Shown piece by piece: positions 39,648 to 48,732 of a DNA stretch of 58,206 nt. The stretch is from an uncultured Clostridia bacterium (GTDB taxonomy: Bacteria; Bacillota; Clostridia; Oscillospirales; Ruminococcaceae). The position numbers were made by a program, and so were the translations under genes. Positions within the stretch are counted from its first letter, which is position 1, and each line of letters starts with the position of its first letter. A model generated the notes under the pieces. That model did not search any database, was not told the origin of the DNA, and saw only the letters and a list, made by a program, of their open reading frames with translations. Location: positions 1 through 58,206 of the forward strand of contig CANPZQ010000001.1 in assembly GCA_947588775.1 (NCBI GenBank), given 5' to 3'.

Positions 39648-41027
39648 TCAGAAGTTGATTTTCCCGCCGATATAGCCTTCGACCTCGGAAATCGGCATTC
39701 TTACCTGCTCCATTGTGTCGCGGTCGCGGACGGTTACGCAGCCGTCGGTTTCGGAATCGAAGTCGTAGGTAACGCACCACGGGGTGCCGATTTCGTCCTC
39801 GCGCCTGTAGCGTTTGCCGATTGAGCCGGTTTCGTCGAAATCCGTCATGAACGCGCGGGAGAGCCGTTCATACACCTTGAGCGCGCCATCGGAGAGCTTT
39901 TTGGAGAGCGGGAGCACCGCGCACTTGTAGGGCGCGACGGCGGGACTAAGGTGCAAAACGGTGCGGACGTCGTTCTTCTCCGCGTCGATGACCTCCTCGT
40001 CGTAGGCTTCGCACAGAAGCGCGAGAACCGTTCTGTCGAGGCCGTAGGTGGATTCGATGATATAGGGGATATATCTCTCGTTGGTTTCGGGGTCGAGATA
40101 GGTGAGGTTCGTCCCGGAGTATTCCTGATGGCGGGTGAGGTCGAAGTTTGTGCGGTTGTGGGTGCCGTTGATTTCCCCCCAGCCGAACGGGAACAGGAAC
40201 TCGATGTCGCAGGCGGCCTTCGCGTAGTGCGCAAGCTTTTCATGGTCGTGGAATCTCAGATGCTCCGCCGGAAGTCCCAAATCCTCGAAATACTTTTTGC
40301 CGTACTCCTTGAAATATTCATAGAGCTCGCCGTCGGTTCCCTCTTTGCAGAAGGTCTGGAATTCCATCTGCTCGAACTCAATCGTTCTGAAGGTGAAGTT
40401 TCCGGGGGTGATCTCGTTGCGGAAGGCCTTTCCTATCTGACCGATGGAGAACGGAAGCTTTGCGCGCATGGTGCGCTGGACGTTCAGGAAGTTTACATAT
40501 TCTCCCTGCGCGTTTTCGGGGCGGAGGTAGATTACGCTCTTTGAATCGTTCGTAACGCCGCGGAAGGTCTGGAACATCAGGTTGAACTCGCGGATGTCGG
40601 TAAAGTTGTGCTTGCCGCACTTCGGGCAGGGGATATGATGGTCCTTGATATATTGGAACATCTCTTCCTTGGTCATTCCGTCGGCGTGGGCGTCGGGGTC
40701 GAAGTCGTCAATCAGGTTGTCGGCGCGGTGGCGGGTCTTGCATTCGCGGCAGTCCAAAAGCGGGTCGGAAAAGCTCGCGACGTGGCCCGACGCCTCCCAT
40801 ACGCGGGGGTGCATAAGAATATCCGCGTCGACCTCATAGGAATTTTTGCGCTCCTGAATGAAGCGTTTGCGCCATGTGTCTTTGACGTTGTTTTTGAGGC
40901 GGGAGCCGAGGGGGCCGTAGTCCCATGTGTTGGCGAGGCCGCCGTAGATGTCGCTTCCGGGGAAGATGAAGCCGCGGCCCTTGCAAAGCTCGACGATTTT
41001 AGACATGTTTTTTTCTGTATTTTCCAT
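39648..41027 (-). CDS. glyQS: glycine--tRNA ligase (alpha2 type)
   Basis: IVELCKGRGFIFPGSDIYGG.., FRNEITPGNFTFRTIEFEQME, class II core and anticodon-binding domain; ATG 41027 after GAGGAGA. Confidence 0.9.
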   Translation of the reverse strand: MENTEKNMSKIVELCKGRGFIFPGSDIYGGLANTWDYGPLGSRLKNNVKDTWRKRFIQERKNSYEVDADILMHPRVWEASGHVASFSDPLLDCRECKTRHRADNLIDDFDPDAHADGMTKEEMFQYIKDHHIPCPKCGKHNFTDIREFNLMFQTFRGVTNDSKSVIYLRPENAQGEYVNFLNVQRTMRAKLPFSIGQIGKAFRNEITPGNFTFRTIEFEQMEFQTFCKEGTDGELYEYFKEYGKKYFEDLGLPAEHLRFHDHEKLAHYAKAACDIEFLFPFGWGEINGTHNRTNFDLTRHQEYSGTNLTYLDPETNERYIPYIIESTYGLDRTVLALLCEAYDEEVIDAEKNDVRTVLHLSPAVAPYKCAVLPLSKKLSDGALKVYERLSRAFMTDFDETGSIGKRYRREDEIGTPWCVTYDFDSETDGCVTVRDRDTMEQVRMPISEVEGYIGGKINF

Positions 41028-41061
41028 ATTTATCTCCTCGTTTCGGATAATATTCACTGAC

Positions 41062-41090
41062 ATTTTACCCCCGAAACGGCGGTATGTCAA
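41062..41090 (-). promoter_or_regulatory. candidate glyQS promoter (short leader, no T-box seen)
   Basis: minus strand TTGACA (41090-41085), 17 nt, TAAAAT (41067-41062). Confidence 0.55.
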
Positions 41091-41182
41091 TAGCAACGGC
41101 GGCATTTCGGGAGGATTTTTTCGTCATAATCAATAAAAGCGGGCAAATCTTAAGAAATTTTTCACAAATTTTCAAAAATTAC

Positions 41183-41211
41183 TTGACAAGTGCGGCGTTA
41201 TGTGCTATTAT
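41183..41211 (+). promoter_or_regulatory. sigma-A type promoter divergent from glyQS
   Basis: TTGACA 41183-41188, 17 nt, TATTAT 41206-41211. Confidence 0.55.
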
Positions 41212-41217
41212 AATTTC

Positions 41218-41335
41218 GCGGAAAGGAAAACCGGCCGAATTGCGCCGCCTTTCGCGTATGATTCACGCCATCTCCTAATTGTATAAACCACTTCTTGCAG
41301 CAAGAGCGTCCGGAAGGACGCTCTTGCTGTTTTTT
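41218..41335 (+). ncRNA. candidate ~118-nt small RNA (promoter-to-terminator unit with no ORF)
   Basis: 5' stem cgcggaaagg (41217-41226) / cctttcgcg (41248-41256); single-stranded aTCTCCTaa; terminator gcagcaagagcgtcc-ggaa-ggacgctcttgctg (41297-41329) plus TTTTTT 41330-41335. Confidence 0.45.
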
Positions 41336-41650
41336 GTTGGGGGTGGGGGGATGTGAGGGAGGATTTATAGGGAGTGGCCGAAACGGACACATTTAAGTGA
41401 ATAACGTCTTGCGAAAAGTAGCAAGTATCGGTATATAATCAGACGTATAGCTTCTATAATGCGTTTGGCTTGGACACTCATGATTGTATACAAGCCGCTG
41501 TACAAATGGGGGAGGCCTGAACCGAATCCCACCCTCTCTCCGCCTGCGGAGTTTTAGCGAGGTTAAGGTTTGGGGAGCCCCCTCTCCCCAAGGGGAGGGG
41601 GAGCATAGCCTTGCCAAATATCGCCCTCCCCAACCTCTCCGCTGACCCCC

Positions 41651-41735
41651 GCGCGGCGGGAAAAGCTGCCTCTCTGCGCCCCACCCACCCACCCCCCCGC
41701 CATTTCCCGCCCTTCCCCCGCTTTTCCCGCCGCGC
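41651..41735 (-). repeat. hairpin/G-core repeat unit U5
   Basis: arms gcgcggcgggaaaagc / gcttttcccgccgcgc exact complements; interior ctctgcgccccacccacccaccccccc. Confidence 0.85.
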
Positions 41736-41754
41736 TCCCCTCCCCAAATATCCA

Positions 41755-41790
41755 CAAAAAAGCAGCCGCCCCATCAGCGACTGCCCTTTT
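41755..41790. terminator. bidirectional intrinsic terminator (end of the anti-sigma gene)
   Basis: gcagccgc (41762-41769) / gcgactgc (41777-41784) stem flanked by an A-run (41756-41761) and cccTTTTTT. Confidence 0.65.
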
Positions 41791-41813
41791 TTATTCAATT
41801 AACAATTCACATC

Positions 41814-44012
41814 TCAGCTATGCGCACTGTGCGCGCCTTCGATTATATCCGCCGAGCCGATAACGGCGAGCGAATTCCCGACGACCGCCGCGCTAACCCT
41901 GCCGTCGGACATGATATAGAGCACGCCGCCGTTCAAAACCGCCTTGCCGTATTCAAACGCCTCGTCGGTTTCGTGAATTTCGGTTTCGCCGACAAGCGCG
42001 AAGCCCTCTGCGCCGTCCCTGTAAACCGCGTATCTGTAGCAATAGTCAAGCCCGTCGAAGAAGCCGTAAGGCACCCCGACGATGTCCCCGCTCACAAACA
42101 TAATACCGTTGTTTCTGAGAGCCTTTGAATCCGCGCCGTTTTCCCTGCACACGAGCGTCTTGTGTTCAAGCTTCAGGCCGCCCGCGCCGTCGTCCGAGAG
42201 CTTTGAAAGCTCAAGCTGGCCCGAGGCGTTCTTGGTGAGGGTGACGTAGCCGCCGTTGAAGTTCAGCAGTCCCTCAGCGGGATTCGCCGCCGGAACATTC
42301 TCCAAAAGCACTGGAACGTTTATATTGGTCAGGTCGATAATATGCTTTTCCTTCGCGCCCTTGAGGATAAGGGTGCTGCCGGCTCTTTCGGCCTCGGTCA
42401 AAGCCGCCGGGAAGTTTATACCCGAGATATAAACCATCGTCGCGTCATATATCCCGAACGACGTCACATATGCTCCGTCGACCTTTTTAATCGCCGTAAC
42501 CGCGAGGTAGTCCCCAATCGGGGAAATCCCGTCGCCGCCGAGGGCTACTCCCTCGATGTCGGTGAAGCCGTTGTAGATAACGCTGCCGCCCGCGAGGCTG
42601 AACACTCTCACCGAGGTGAGGTCGGTTCCCGCAGCGTTGTCGTAGGAGAAGAGGTAAACCGCGCCGTTGCAGAGCACAGCTCTTCCCTCATACCCGACGA
42701 CCGCCTTCACCGAAACCGCGCCGTCGACCGTAATTCCGGAGATAACGGTATAGTCGGTGTTTGAAACATAGTCGGGAATCATTATATCCGGGGCGGAAAC
42801 ATAGAATTTCTCGCCGTTTACGGTATACGCGGGGACGTAGTTTTCAAGGTCGTCAACCCCCGCAATCGGCGAACCGCGATAGTCGTCGTATGCGGTGACA
42901 AGGTAAACCGCGCCGTTTGAATAGTTCATGTCGATAAGCGTTCCGCTCTGGACCGTGTCGTTGGTGAGATATGCCTTGCCGTCAAGAATGTCGTATACGC
43001 ACACCTCGACCTCGTTTTTCTTAACGCCGACCGCGCTCTCAGCTGGTCCGTAGAGGCTGTCGAGAAGCTCGCCCACAACTCCGTCGCGGGGTTCGTCCTG
43101 TGCGGGAGCGGTTCCCGCCGTCGTTTCAACGGTATAAACCGCAACGACCTTTGTGCCGTCCGCATAGAAGCCCGCAAGGGTCTTTGAAGAGAATCCGTCA
43201 TAGGACGGGAAGATGTTGTCGGTATAGCTAAGCGCGCCGTTCACCGATGTGACGATTCTTAAAATATTGCCGTCGCGGCGAAGCAGGAAGCCGTTTCCGA
43301 AGGCGGCGTCGGAGTTATCGACGACCGCGGGGTTTTCGGGAAGGGGCAGGCTGTCGCTGATGACCGCCGGGTCGTCCCTCTCGTCAACCGTTTCGCCCGG
43401 GTCTGCGGCGGGAGTTTCCCTGTCGGGAGCGTCGGTCTGCGCGGGCTCCTCGGTTGTCGCGGGAGCAGTCTGCGTGGGAGTGGTCTGGGTCGGTGAAGGC
43501 TCTGTTCCGGCGGGTTCGGTCGTTTCGGCGGGAGGATTTACCGCCGTCGCGGCGTCGTTGTCGTTGTCGTTATAGGAATGCTCAATATCAGAAATAGCGT
43601 CGTCGAGAGTGCGCTTATCGCCGTCGTCGACATAGTATTTCGCGAAGGTCTTATGAACGTCGCCGTAGTCGTTCGCATACGCTCCGCCGGGGTTCTTAGG
43701 CTCCTCGGGGAGGGTTGCGGTGTCGGTTCTCGAATATGTGACAACGCCGAGGACGAGTGCCGCGCAGGCCGCTACGGAGGCAATGGAGCGGAAGGCGGCA
43801 GACGTCTTTCTTCCGGCAGGTACAGCTGATATATCTATACGGTTGGAGTCTGATTTAATCTTTTTTGCGGAAATGTCGGTATGGCGGGAACCGAGGGCGT
43901 TTTCGGCCATCTTCTCGTCGAGCATGGCTGCGATGCTGCGCGGCTCAAGTCTTTCGGGTATCGGAAGCTGGTCGAACAGCTCGTTATAGATGCTCTGTCC
44001 GCGCTTTGCCAT
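41814..44012 (-). CDS. membrane-anchored anti-sigma-like protein with large extracytoplasmic beta-propeller-like domain
   Basis: cytoplasmic N-terminus, single TM (AFRSIASVAACAALVLGVV), Pro/Thr/Glu linker, repeated NGAVYL-type strands; directly downstream of the ECF sigma gene. Confidence 0.55.
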   Translation of the reverse strand: MAKRGQSIYNELFDQLPIPERLEPRSIAAMLDEKMAENALGSRHTDISAKKIKSDSNRIDISAVPAGRKTSAAFRSIASVAACAALVLGVVTYSRTDTATLPEEPKNPGGAYANDYGDVHKTFAKYYVDDGDKRTLDDAISDIEHSYNDNDNDAATAVNPPAETTEPAGTEPSPTQTTPTQTAPATTEEPAQTDAPDRETPAADPGETVDERDDPAVISDSLPLPENPAVVDNSDAAFGNGFLLRRDGNILRIVTSVNGALSYTDNIFPSYDGFSSKTLAGFYADGTKVVAVYTVETTAGTAPAQDEPRDGVVGELLDSLYGPAESAVGVKKNEVEVCVYDILDGKAYLTNDTVQSGTLIDMNYSNGAVYLVTAYDDYRGSPIAGVDDLENYVPAYTVNGEKFYVSAPDIMIPDYVSNTDYTVISGITVDGAVSVKAVVGYEGRAVLCNGAVYLFSYDNAAGTDLTSVRVFSLAGGSVIYNGFTDIEGVALGGDGISPIGDYLAVTAIKKVDGAYVTSFGIYDATMVYISGINFPAALTEAERAGSTLILKGAKEKHIIDLTNINVPVLLENVPAANPAEGLLNFNGGYVTLTKNASGQLELSKLSDDGAGGLKLEHKTLVCRENGADSKALRNNGIMFVSGDIVGVPYGFFDGLDYCYRYAVYRDGAEGFALVGETEIHETDEAFEYGKAVLNGGVLYIMSDGRVSAAVVGNSLAVIGSADIIEGAHSAHS

Positions 44013-44047
44013 CGGATTTCCTCCTTTCAGTCAATAACTTAAATAAC

Positions 44048-44608
44048 TCAGGTTTCCTCAAGAAGCCGCCGCAGCTTGGTTTTTCCTCTTGCGAGATGGG
44101 TTCTTACGGTCGCGGCGTTGATTCCGGTTATCTTCGATATTTCGTCGCTCGTATAGCCGTAGATGGCGTTGAGCGAGAAGCAGATTTTTTCATTTTCGGA
44201 GAGGCTTTCTATATGCTCCAAAAGCTCGATTCCGCCGTACTTTGATTCTCGGTCGGGGATTTCGACCTCTCTGCCGTCGTCGGAAGCGTCGTCGCGGATT
44301 GCCTCGATATAGCTGAGGTTTTCGCGGGCGGAAACGTATTCCGCCTGCTTCCGTTTTATTTTGGCGGTGAGGATTCTTATCATCCAGCCCTTGAAGGCGT
44401 CTTCGTTTTTGATGTTCTTTATACCCACGAAGGCGTCCAGAACCGCGTCCTGCACCGCGTCGGCGGCGTCGTCGGGAGAATTGAGGTTGCACAGGGCATA
44501 ATAGTAAAGCTCTTTATATATTGCCGAATAAAGCTCTGCAAAGGCGTTGCTGTCGCCCTTTGCGGCCTTTTTCACAAGCTCCGGGAAGCCGGATTTCAAG
44601 TATCTCAC
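44048..44608 (-). CDS. ECF-type sigma-70 family RNA polymerase sigma factor
   Basis: region 2 (DAVQDAVLDAF) and region 4 HTH (YGYTSDEISKITGINAATVRTHLARGKTKL); start GTG 44608 or TTG 44599. Confidence 0.85.
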   Translation of the reverse strand: MRYLKSGFPELVKKAAKGDSNAFAELYSAIYKELYYYALCNLNSPDDAADAVQDAVLDAFVGIKNIKNEDAFKGWMIRILTAKIKRKQAEYVSARENLSYIEAIRDDASDDGREVEIPDRESKYGGIELLEHIESLSENEKICFSLNAIYGYTSDEISKITGINAATVRTHLARGKTKLRRLLEET

Positions 44609-44896
44609 CTCGCTTTGCGGCTATACAGAGCCGCCCGCGGGGCTTCTGTATAGTAAGTGTCAAAAAAATGCGTTTTTGTTGCATCGCCGAAAAAATATTT
44701 TTTGTATAATACGCGGTAAATATTACCTTTTGTAATACGCAGGCGCATAATTCGCTACAATAGCTTATTATACACTATTCTCTCCGAGATTACAAGACAA
44801 AACGGGAAATTTTTTTGAAGCGCGGCCGACGGTTTTACCACGAAAACGCGAACGCCGCCGGCCGGAACCGACGGACGCCAAGACTTTCGCGGATAC

Positions 44897-44925
44897 GGAA
44901 AAAGGGGGACGAGGCCCCTTTTTCC
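44897..44925. terminator. symmetric intrinsic terminator downstream of the feo operon and repeats U6/U7
   Basis: ggaaaaagggg (44897-44907) / cccctttttcc (44915-44925). Confidence 0.55.
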
Positions 44926-44970
44926 CGAGGTATATAAAAATGAAAAAAAGAATAAGGCTTAGCGAAGGGA

Positions 44971-45051
44971 GCGCGGGGAAGGAGCGGGGGGAGGAGGGAA
45001 GGGTGGGGTGGGCGGGCGGGTGGGCGCAGGAAAGGAGCTCCTTCCCCGCGC
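44971..45051 (+). repeat. hairpin/G-core repeat unit U6
   Basis: arms gcgcggggaaggagc / gctccttccccgcgc exact complements; interior gggtggggtgggcgggcgggtgggcgcagg. Confidence 0.85.
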
Positions 45052-45117
45052 GGGGATTTAGCGGGAGCCCTTGTAGAGAGGAGCCTGCGAAGCCCGGGGC
45101 TTTGCGGCCCGTTGACC

Positions 45118-45200
45118 GGCGCGGGAGGCCTGCTCCCTTCGCGGCTTCCATGGGCTCCCGCGCCCCACCCTCCCACCCCTCCCCGCAGTCCTCCCGCGCC
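45118..45200 (-). repeat. hairpin/G-core repeat unit U7
   Basis: arms ggcgcgggaggcctgc / gcagtcctcccgcgcc (15 of 16 paired); interior ccccaccctcccacccctcccc. Confidence 0.8.
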
Positions 45201-45203
45201 TCC

Positions 45204-45386
45204 CTACCTCGCCTTCCCCGCCGCGCCCCCGCACTTTCCGTGCAGAGCGCAGCTCTCGCAGCCGCACCCGCAACCGCCCTTGCCGGATTTTTTATCCCGG
45301 CGGAGCGAAACAACTATCCAGACGACCGCCGCGATTAAAAGCACGGCCGCCACAATCGTCCCGAGGTTCTGAATAAGCCAATCCAT
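45204..45386 (-). CDS. FeoB-associated Cys-rich small membrane protein
   Basis: one TM then ..KKSGKGGCGCGCESCALHGKC; directly downstream of feoB. Confidence 0.7.
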   Translation of the reverse strand: MDWLIQNLGTIVAAVLLIAAVVWIVVSLRRDKKSGKGGCGCGCESCALHGKCGGAAGKAR

Positions 45387-45398
45387 TTCGTTTCCTCC

Positions 45399-47861
45399 TT
45401 ACTTCACCGCCGCCTTTGCCTTTTTGACGACGCCGCTGCTTTCCTTATAGGGTCTGAAGAGCATGTATACCCCGAACGCGATTATAACCGCCGAAACCGC
45501 GAGCCCCAAAATATTCGCCGAGCCGGCAAAGAGCATTCCGATTTGGTTCACGCAGAGCGCGACGGCGTAGGCGAAGAGGCACTGATACGCGATTGCGAAC
45601 CATGTCCACTTCGCGCTGTTCATCTCCCTGCGAATCGCGCCGATAGCCGCGAAGCAGGGCGCGCAGAGCAGGTTGAACACCAAAAACGCAAGTCCTCCCG
45701 ACTGTGTGAACGCCGCGGCCATCGCCGCATAGGCCGAGCCCTCGCCGCCGTAGAGAATCCCCATCGTCCCGACGATGTTTTCTTTTGCGACAAGCCCCGT
45801 GATGGAGGCGACGGCGGCCTGCCAGTTTCCCCAGCCGAGCGGCGCGAATATCCAAGCAATCGCCCCGCCGACCGTAGCGAGTATAGAACGGTCGACCTGC
45901 TCGTCGGTGAGCATTCCGAAACGCCCGTCTACGAAGCCGAAGTATGTCGTGAACCAGATAACGATGGTCGAAAGAAGAATAATCGTTCCCGCCTTCTTGA
46001 TGAAGCTCCAGCCGCGCTCCCACATCGAGCGAAGGACGTTTGAAACGGTAGGCCAGTGGTATGCGGGAAGCTCCATTACAAACGGCGCAGGGTCGCCCGA
46101 GAACATCTTCGTCTTTTTAAGTATAATTCCCGAAACGATAATCGCGCATACGCCGAGGAGGTAGGCAAAGGGTGCCACCCACCATGCTCCGCCGAAGATC
46201 GCGCCCGCAATCATCGCGATAAAGGGAAGCTTCGCGCCGCAGGGGATAAACGTCGTCGTCATAACGGTCATTCGCCTGTCGCGCTCGTTTTCGATGGTTC
46301 TTGAAGCCATGATTCCCGGAACGCCGCAGCCCGAGCCGATGAGCATAGGAATAAAGGACTTGCCCGAGAGGCCGAATTTTCGGAAGATTCTGTCCATTAC
46401 GAACGCGATTCTCGCCATATATCCGCAGCTCTCCAAGAACGCAAGGAAGATAAAGAGTATGAGCATCTGCGGGACGAACCCGAGCACCGCTCCGACGCCC
46501 GCGACGATTCCGTCGAGGATTACCCCCCTGAGCCAGTCGGCGCAGTTAATAGCGTCGAGCGCGGATTCGAAAAGCGGCGGAATACCGGGTATCCAGACGC
46601 CGTAGTCGGCGGGGTCGGGCTCCGAGAAGGAATATTTTTCAAGGGTGCTCCCCGCAAGCGCGAGGTCCTCTCCCGAATACACAACCTCGTCCTCGGCGAG
46701 GGTTTCCTCGTCGACAACGGTCAGAACCGCCGTATCTCCCGCCGAAAACCGCGCCGCAAATTCATCGACAGCGGCCCTGTCGGCGGTTTCAAGGTCGGGG
46801 GCTTCGACCCCGTACTGTCCCGAAAACGCGTCGATAGCGTTTACCGCCTCGCCGTATTCCTCGGCGGCTTCCTCGTAGGCACCCGTTCCGATTCCGAAGA
46901 GATGCCAGCCGTCGCCGAAAACGCCGTCGTTCGCCCAGTCGGTCGCAATTGTTCCGACCGTCGTCACCGACACATAGTAGACGATAATCATAACCGCCGC
47001 GAAAATCGGCAGCGCGAGCCAGCGGTTTGTTACGACCTTGTCGATTTTATCCGAAACCGAGAGGCTTCCCGCGCCCTTCTTGCGGCAGCAGCCCTTAATC
47101 AGCTCGGCTATGTATATATATCTTTCGTTCGTTATAATCGATTCCGCGTCGTCGTCAAGCTCGGCTTCGGCGGACTGAATATCCTCCTCGATGTGCTTTA
47201 AAACGCTGTCGGGAATGCTTAAGGCCTCCATCGCCTTTGAATCGCGCTCGAAAATCTTGATGGCGTACCATCTCTGCTGTTCGGCGGGGAGGTCGTGGAC
47301 TGCCGCCTCCTCGATATGCGCGAGAGCGTGCTCCACAACGCCGGAGAAGGTGTGGTGCGGCACAGGCTTCTTTTCCTCGGCGGCTTCTATCGCGGCCTCG
47401 GCCGCCTCCATGATTCCGTCGCCCTTTAAGGCGGAGATTTCGACGATTTTACAGCCGAGCCGCTTTGCGAGCTCAGACGTGTTGATTTTATCGCCGTTCT
47501 TTCTCACAACATCCATCATGTTGACGGCCGCCACGACAGGGATACCAAGCTCAATCAGCTGTGTTGTCAGATAAAGGTTTCTCTCAAGGTTAGTCCCGTC
47601 GATGATGTTTAAAATCGCGTCGGGGCGTTCGTTGATTAAATAATTCCTCGCGACGACCTCTTCAAGCGTATAGGGCGAGAGGGAATAGATGCCGGGCAGG
47701 TCGGTGACGGTTACGCCGTCATGCTTTTTAAGCTTTCCCTCTTTTTTCTCGACGGTTACGCCCGGCCAGTTTCCGACAAACTGGTTAGAGCCCGTGAGCG
47801 CGTTGAAAAGCGTAGTCTTGCCGCTGTTGGGGTTGCCCGCGAGGGCTATCGTGATTGCCAT
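45399..47861 (-). CDS. feoB: ferrous iron transporter FeoB
   Basis: G-domain GNPNSGKTTLFNALTG, DLPG, NMMD; multi-TM gate domains. Confidence 0.95.
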   Translation of the reverse strand: MAITIALAGNPNSGKTTLFNALTGSNQFVGNWPGVTVEKKEGKLKKHDGVTVTDLPGIYSLSPYTLEEVVARNYLINERPDAILNIIDGTNLERNLYLTTQLIELGIPVVAAVNMMDVVRKNGDKINTSELAKRLGCKIVEISALKGDGIMEAAEAAIEAAEEKKPVPHHTFSGVVEHALAHIEEAAVHDLPAEQQRWYAIKIFERDSKAMEALSIPDSVLKHIEEDIQSAEAELDDDAESIITNERYIYIAELIKGCCRKKGAGSLSVSDKIDKVVTNRWLALPIFAAVMIIVYYVSVTTVGTIATDWANDGVFGDGWHLFGIGTGAYEEAAEEYGEAVNAIDAFSGQYGVEAPDLETADRAAVDEFAARFSAGDTAVLTVVDEETLAEDEVVYSGEDLALAGSTLEKYSFSEPDPADYGVWIPGIPPLFESALDAINCADWLRGVILDGIVAGVGAVLGFVPQMLILFIFLAFLESCGYMARIAFVMDRIFRKFGLSGKSFIPMLIGSGCGVPGIMASRTIENERDRRMTVMTTTFIPCGAKLPFIAMIAGAIFGGAWWVAPFAYLLGVCAIIVSGIILKKTKMFSGDPAPFVMELPAYHWPTVSNVLRSMWERGWSFIKKAGTIILLSTIVIWFTTYFGFVDGRFGMLTDEQVDRSILATVGGAIAWIFAPLGWGNWQAAVASITGLVAKENIVGTMGILYGGEGSAYAAMAAAFTQSGGLAFLVFNLLCAPCFAAIGAIRREMNSAKWTWFAIAYQCLFAYAVALCVNQIGMLFAGSANILGLAVSAVIIAFGVYMLFRPYKESSGVVKKAKAAVK

Positions 47862-47881
47862 TGTTTGACCTTCTTTCGTTC

Positions 47882-48103
47882 TTATTCTACTTCAATCATT
47901 TCGGCGTCGGCCTTTCTCAGGCTAAGCTCATATCCGCGCACATTCACCTCGAACGGGTCGCCGAGCGGGGCGACCTTGCGGACGTATACTTCGACGCCCT
48001 TTGTGATTCCCATGTCCATTATTCTTCGCTTTACGGCTCCCTCGCCGTGCAGCCGGACCACCCTTGCGGTTTCGCCGACCTTAACTTCGCTGAGTGTTTT
48101 CAT
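47882..48103 (-). CDS. feoA: FeoA family protein
   Basis: 73 aa, SH3-like FeoA pattern (GETARVVRL..RRIMDMGITKG..V.V). Confidence 0.85.
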   Translation of the reverse strand: MKTLSEVKVGETARVVRLHGEGAVKRRIMDMGITKGVEVYVRKVAPLGDPFEVNVRGYELSLRKADAEMIEVE

Positions 48104-48239
48104 TCAGCTTCCTCCTTTACGGTAAACTATATTCGCCGGAGGACAAAAACATCCTCCGAAAAAAGACAAACTCGGTTAGTGGCCGCTAACTTAGCGGCTT
48201 TTTTGCGGGAAGCCGCCGAAAACGGGCTTCCCGAAGAGC

Positions 48240-48452
48240 TTAAACCATAATTTTCTGCGCCATTTCCTTTGAAAGGGCGACGCGGGATTCCTTTACCTTT
48301 ATAATCAAATTGCCGCTTATTTCGGAAATCGGCGTTACGCCGCCGCCCACGTTGAAGCCGAGGTCGGCGAGGTGTTTTTTGACGTCGGGCGAGCCGCCGA
48401 TTTTCTTGATAATCTGTTCGCGGCCGACGTCGGCATATGTCAGAGGAATCAT
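48240..48452 (-). CDS. feoA: FeoA family protein (second copy)
   Basis: 70 aa; ATG 48452 after AAAGGAGG; the track ORF N-terminal extension runs through repeats and was discarded. Confidence 0.8.
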   Translation of the reverse strand: MIPLTYADVGREQIIKKIGGSPDVKKHLADLGFNVGGGVTPISEISGNLIIKVKESRVALSKEMAQKIMV

Positions 48453-48486
48453 AAAACAAGCCTCCTTTTGGGGTTTTGGCGGGGCA

Positions 48487-48583
48487 GCGCGGGGAAGGAG
48501 CGGGGGGGAGAGAGAAAGGTGGGTGGGCGGGCGGGTGGGGGGGGGGGGGGGGGGGGCGCAGGAAAAGAGCTCCTTCCCCGCGC
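48487..48583 (+). repeat. hairpin/G-core repeat unit U8 (contains G20)
   Basis: arms gcgcggggaaggagc / gctccttccccgcgc exact complements; interior ggtgggtgggcgggcgggtG(20)cgcagg. Confidence 0.85.
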
Positions 48584-48650
48584 GGGGGCTTGCGCGGAAA
48601 ATTTCGTTCCGGCAGCCTGCGAAAGCCCGGGGCTTTGCGGCACTTTGACC

Positions 48651-48732
48651 GGCGCGGGAGGCCTGCTCCTTTCGCGGCTGCCGTAGGCTCCCGCGTCCCA
48701 CCCTCCCACCCCTCCCGCAGTCCTCCCGCGCC
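48651..48732 (-). repeat. hairpin/G-core repeat unit U9
   Basis: arms ggcgcgggaggcctgc / gcagtcctcccgcgcc (15 of 16 paired); near-copy of U7. Confidence 0.8.

Noticed and set aside
41028-41180. Expected T-box leader upstream of glyQS
   Set aside because: The promoter sits only ~35 nt from the start codon. No GGGTGGNACCGCG motif or terminator is present on the minus strand.
41258-41278. Mini-ORF MIHAIS inside the candidate small RNA
   Set aside because: It has six codons, no RBS and lies in a stem-flanked region, so it is not credible as a coding gene.
48104-48239. Plus-strand terminator-like hairpin (gccgct-aactt-agcggc + TTTTTT) between the two feoA genes
   Set aside because: There is no plus-strand gene to terminate. 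On the coding (minus) strand it is preceded, not followed, by the U-run. It is kept only as the third GTTAG-N-GCTAAC site.
48453-48701. N-terminal extension of the second feoA ORF
   Set aside because: The extension is a translation of repeat units U8/U9. An AAAGGAGG RBS precedes ATG 48452, which gives a normal 70-aa FeoA.
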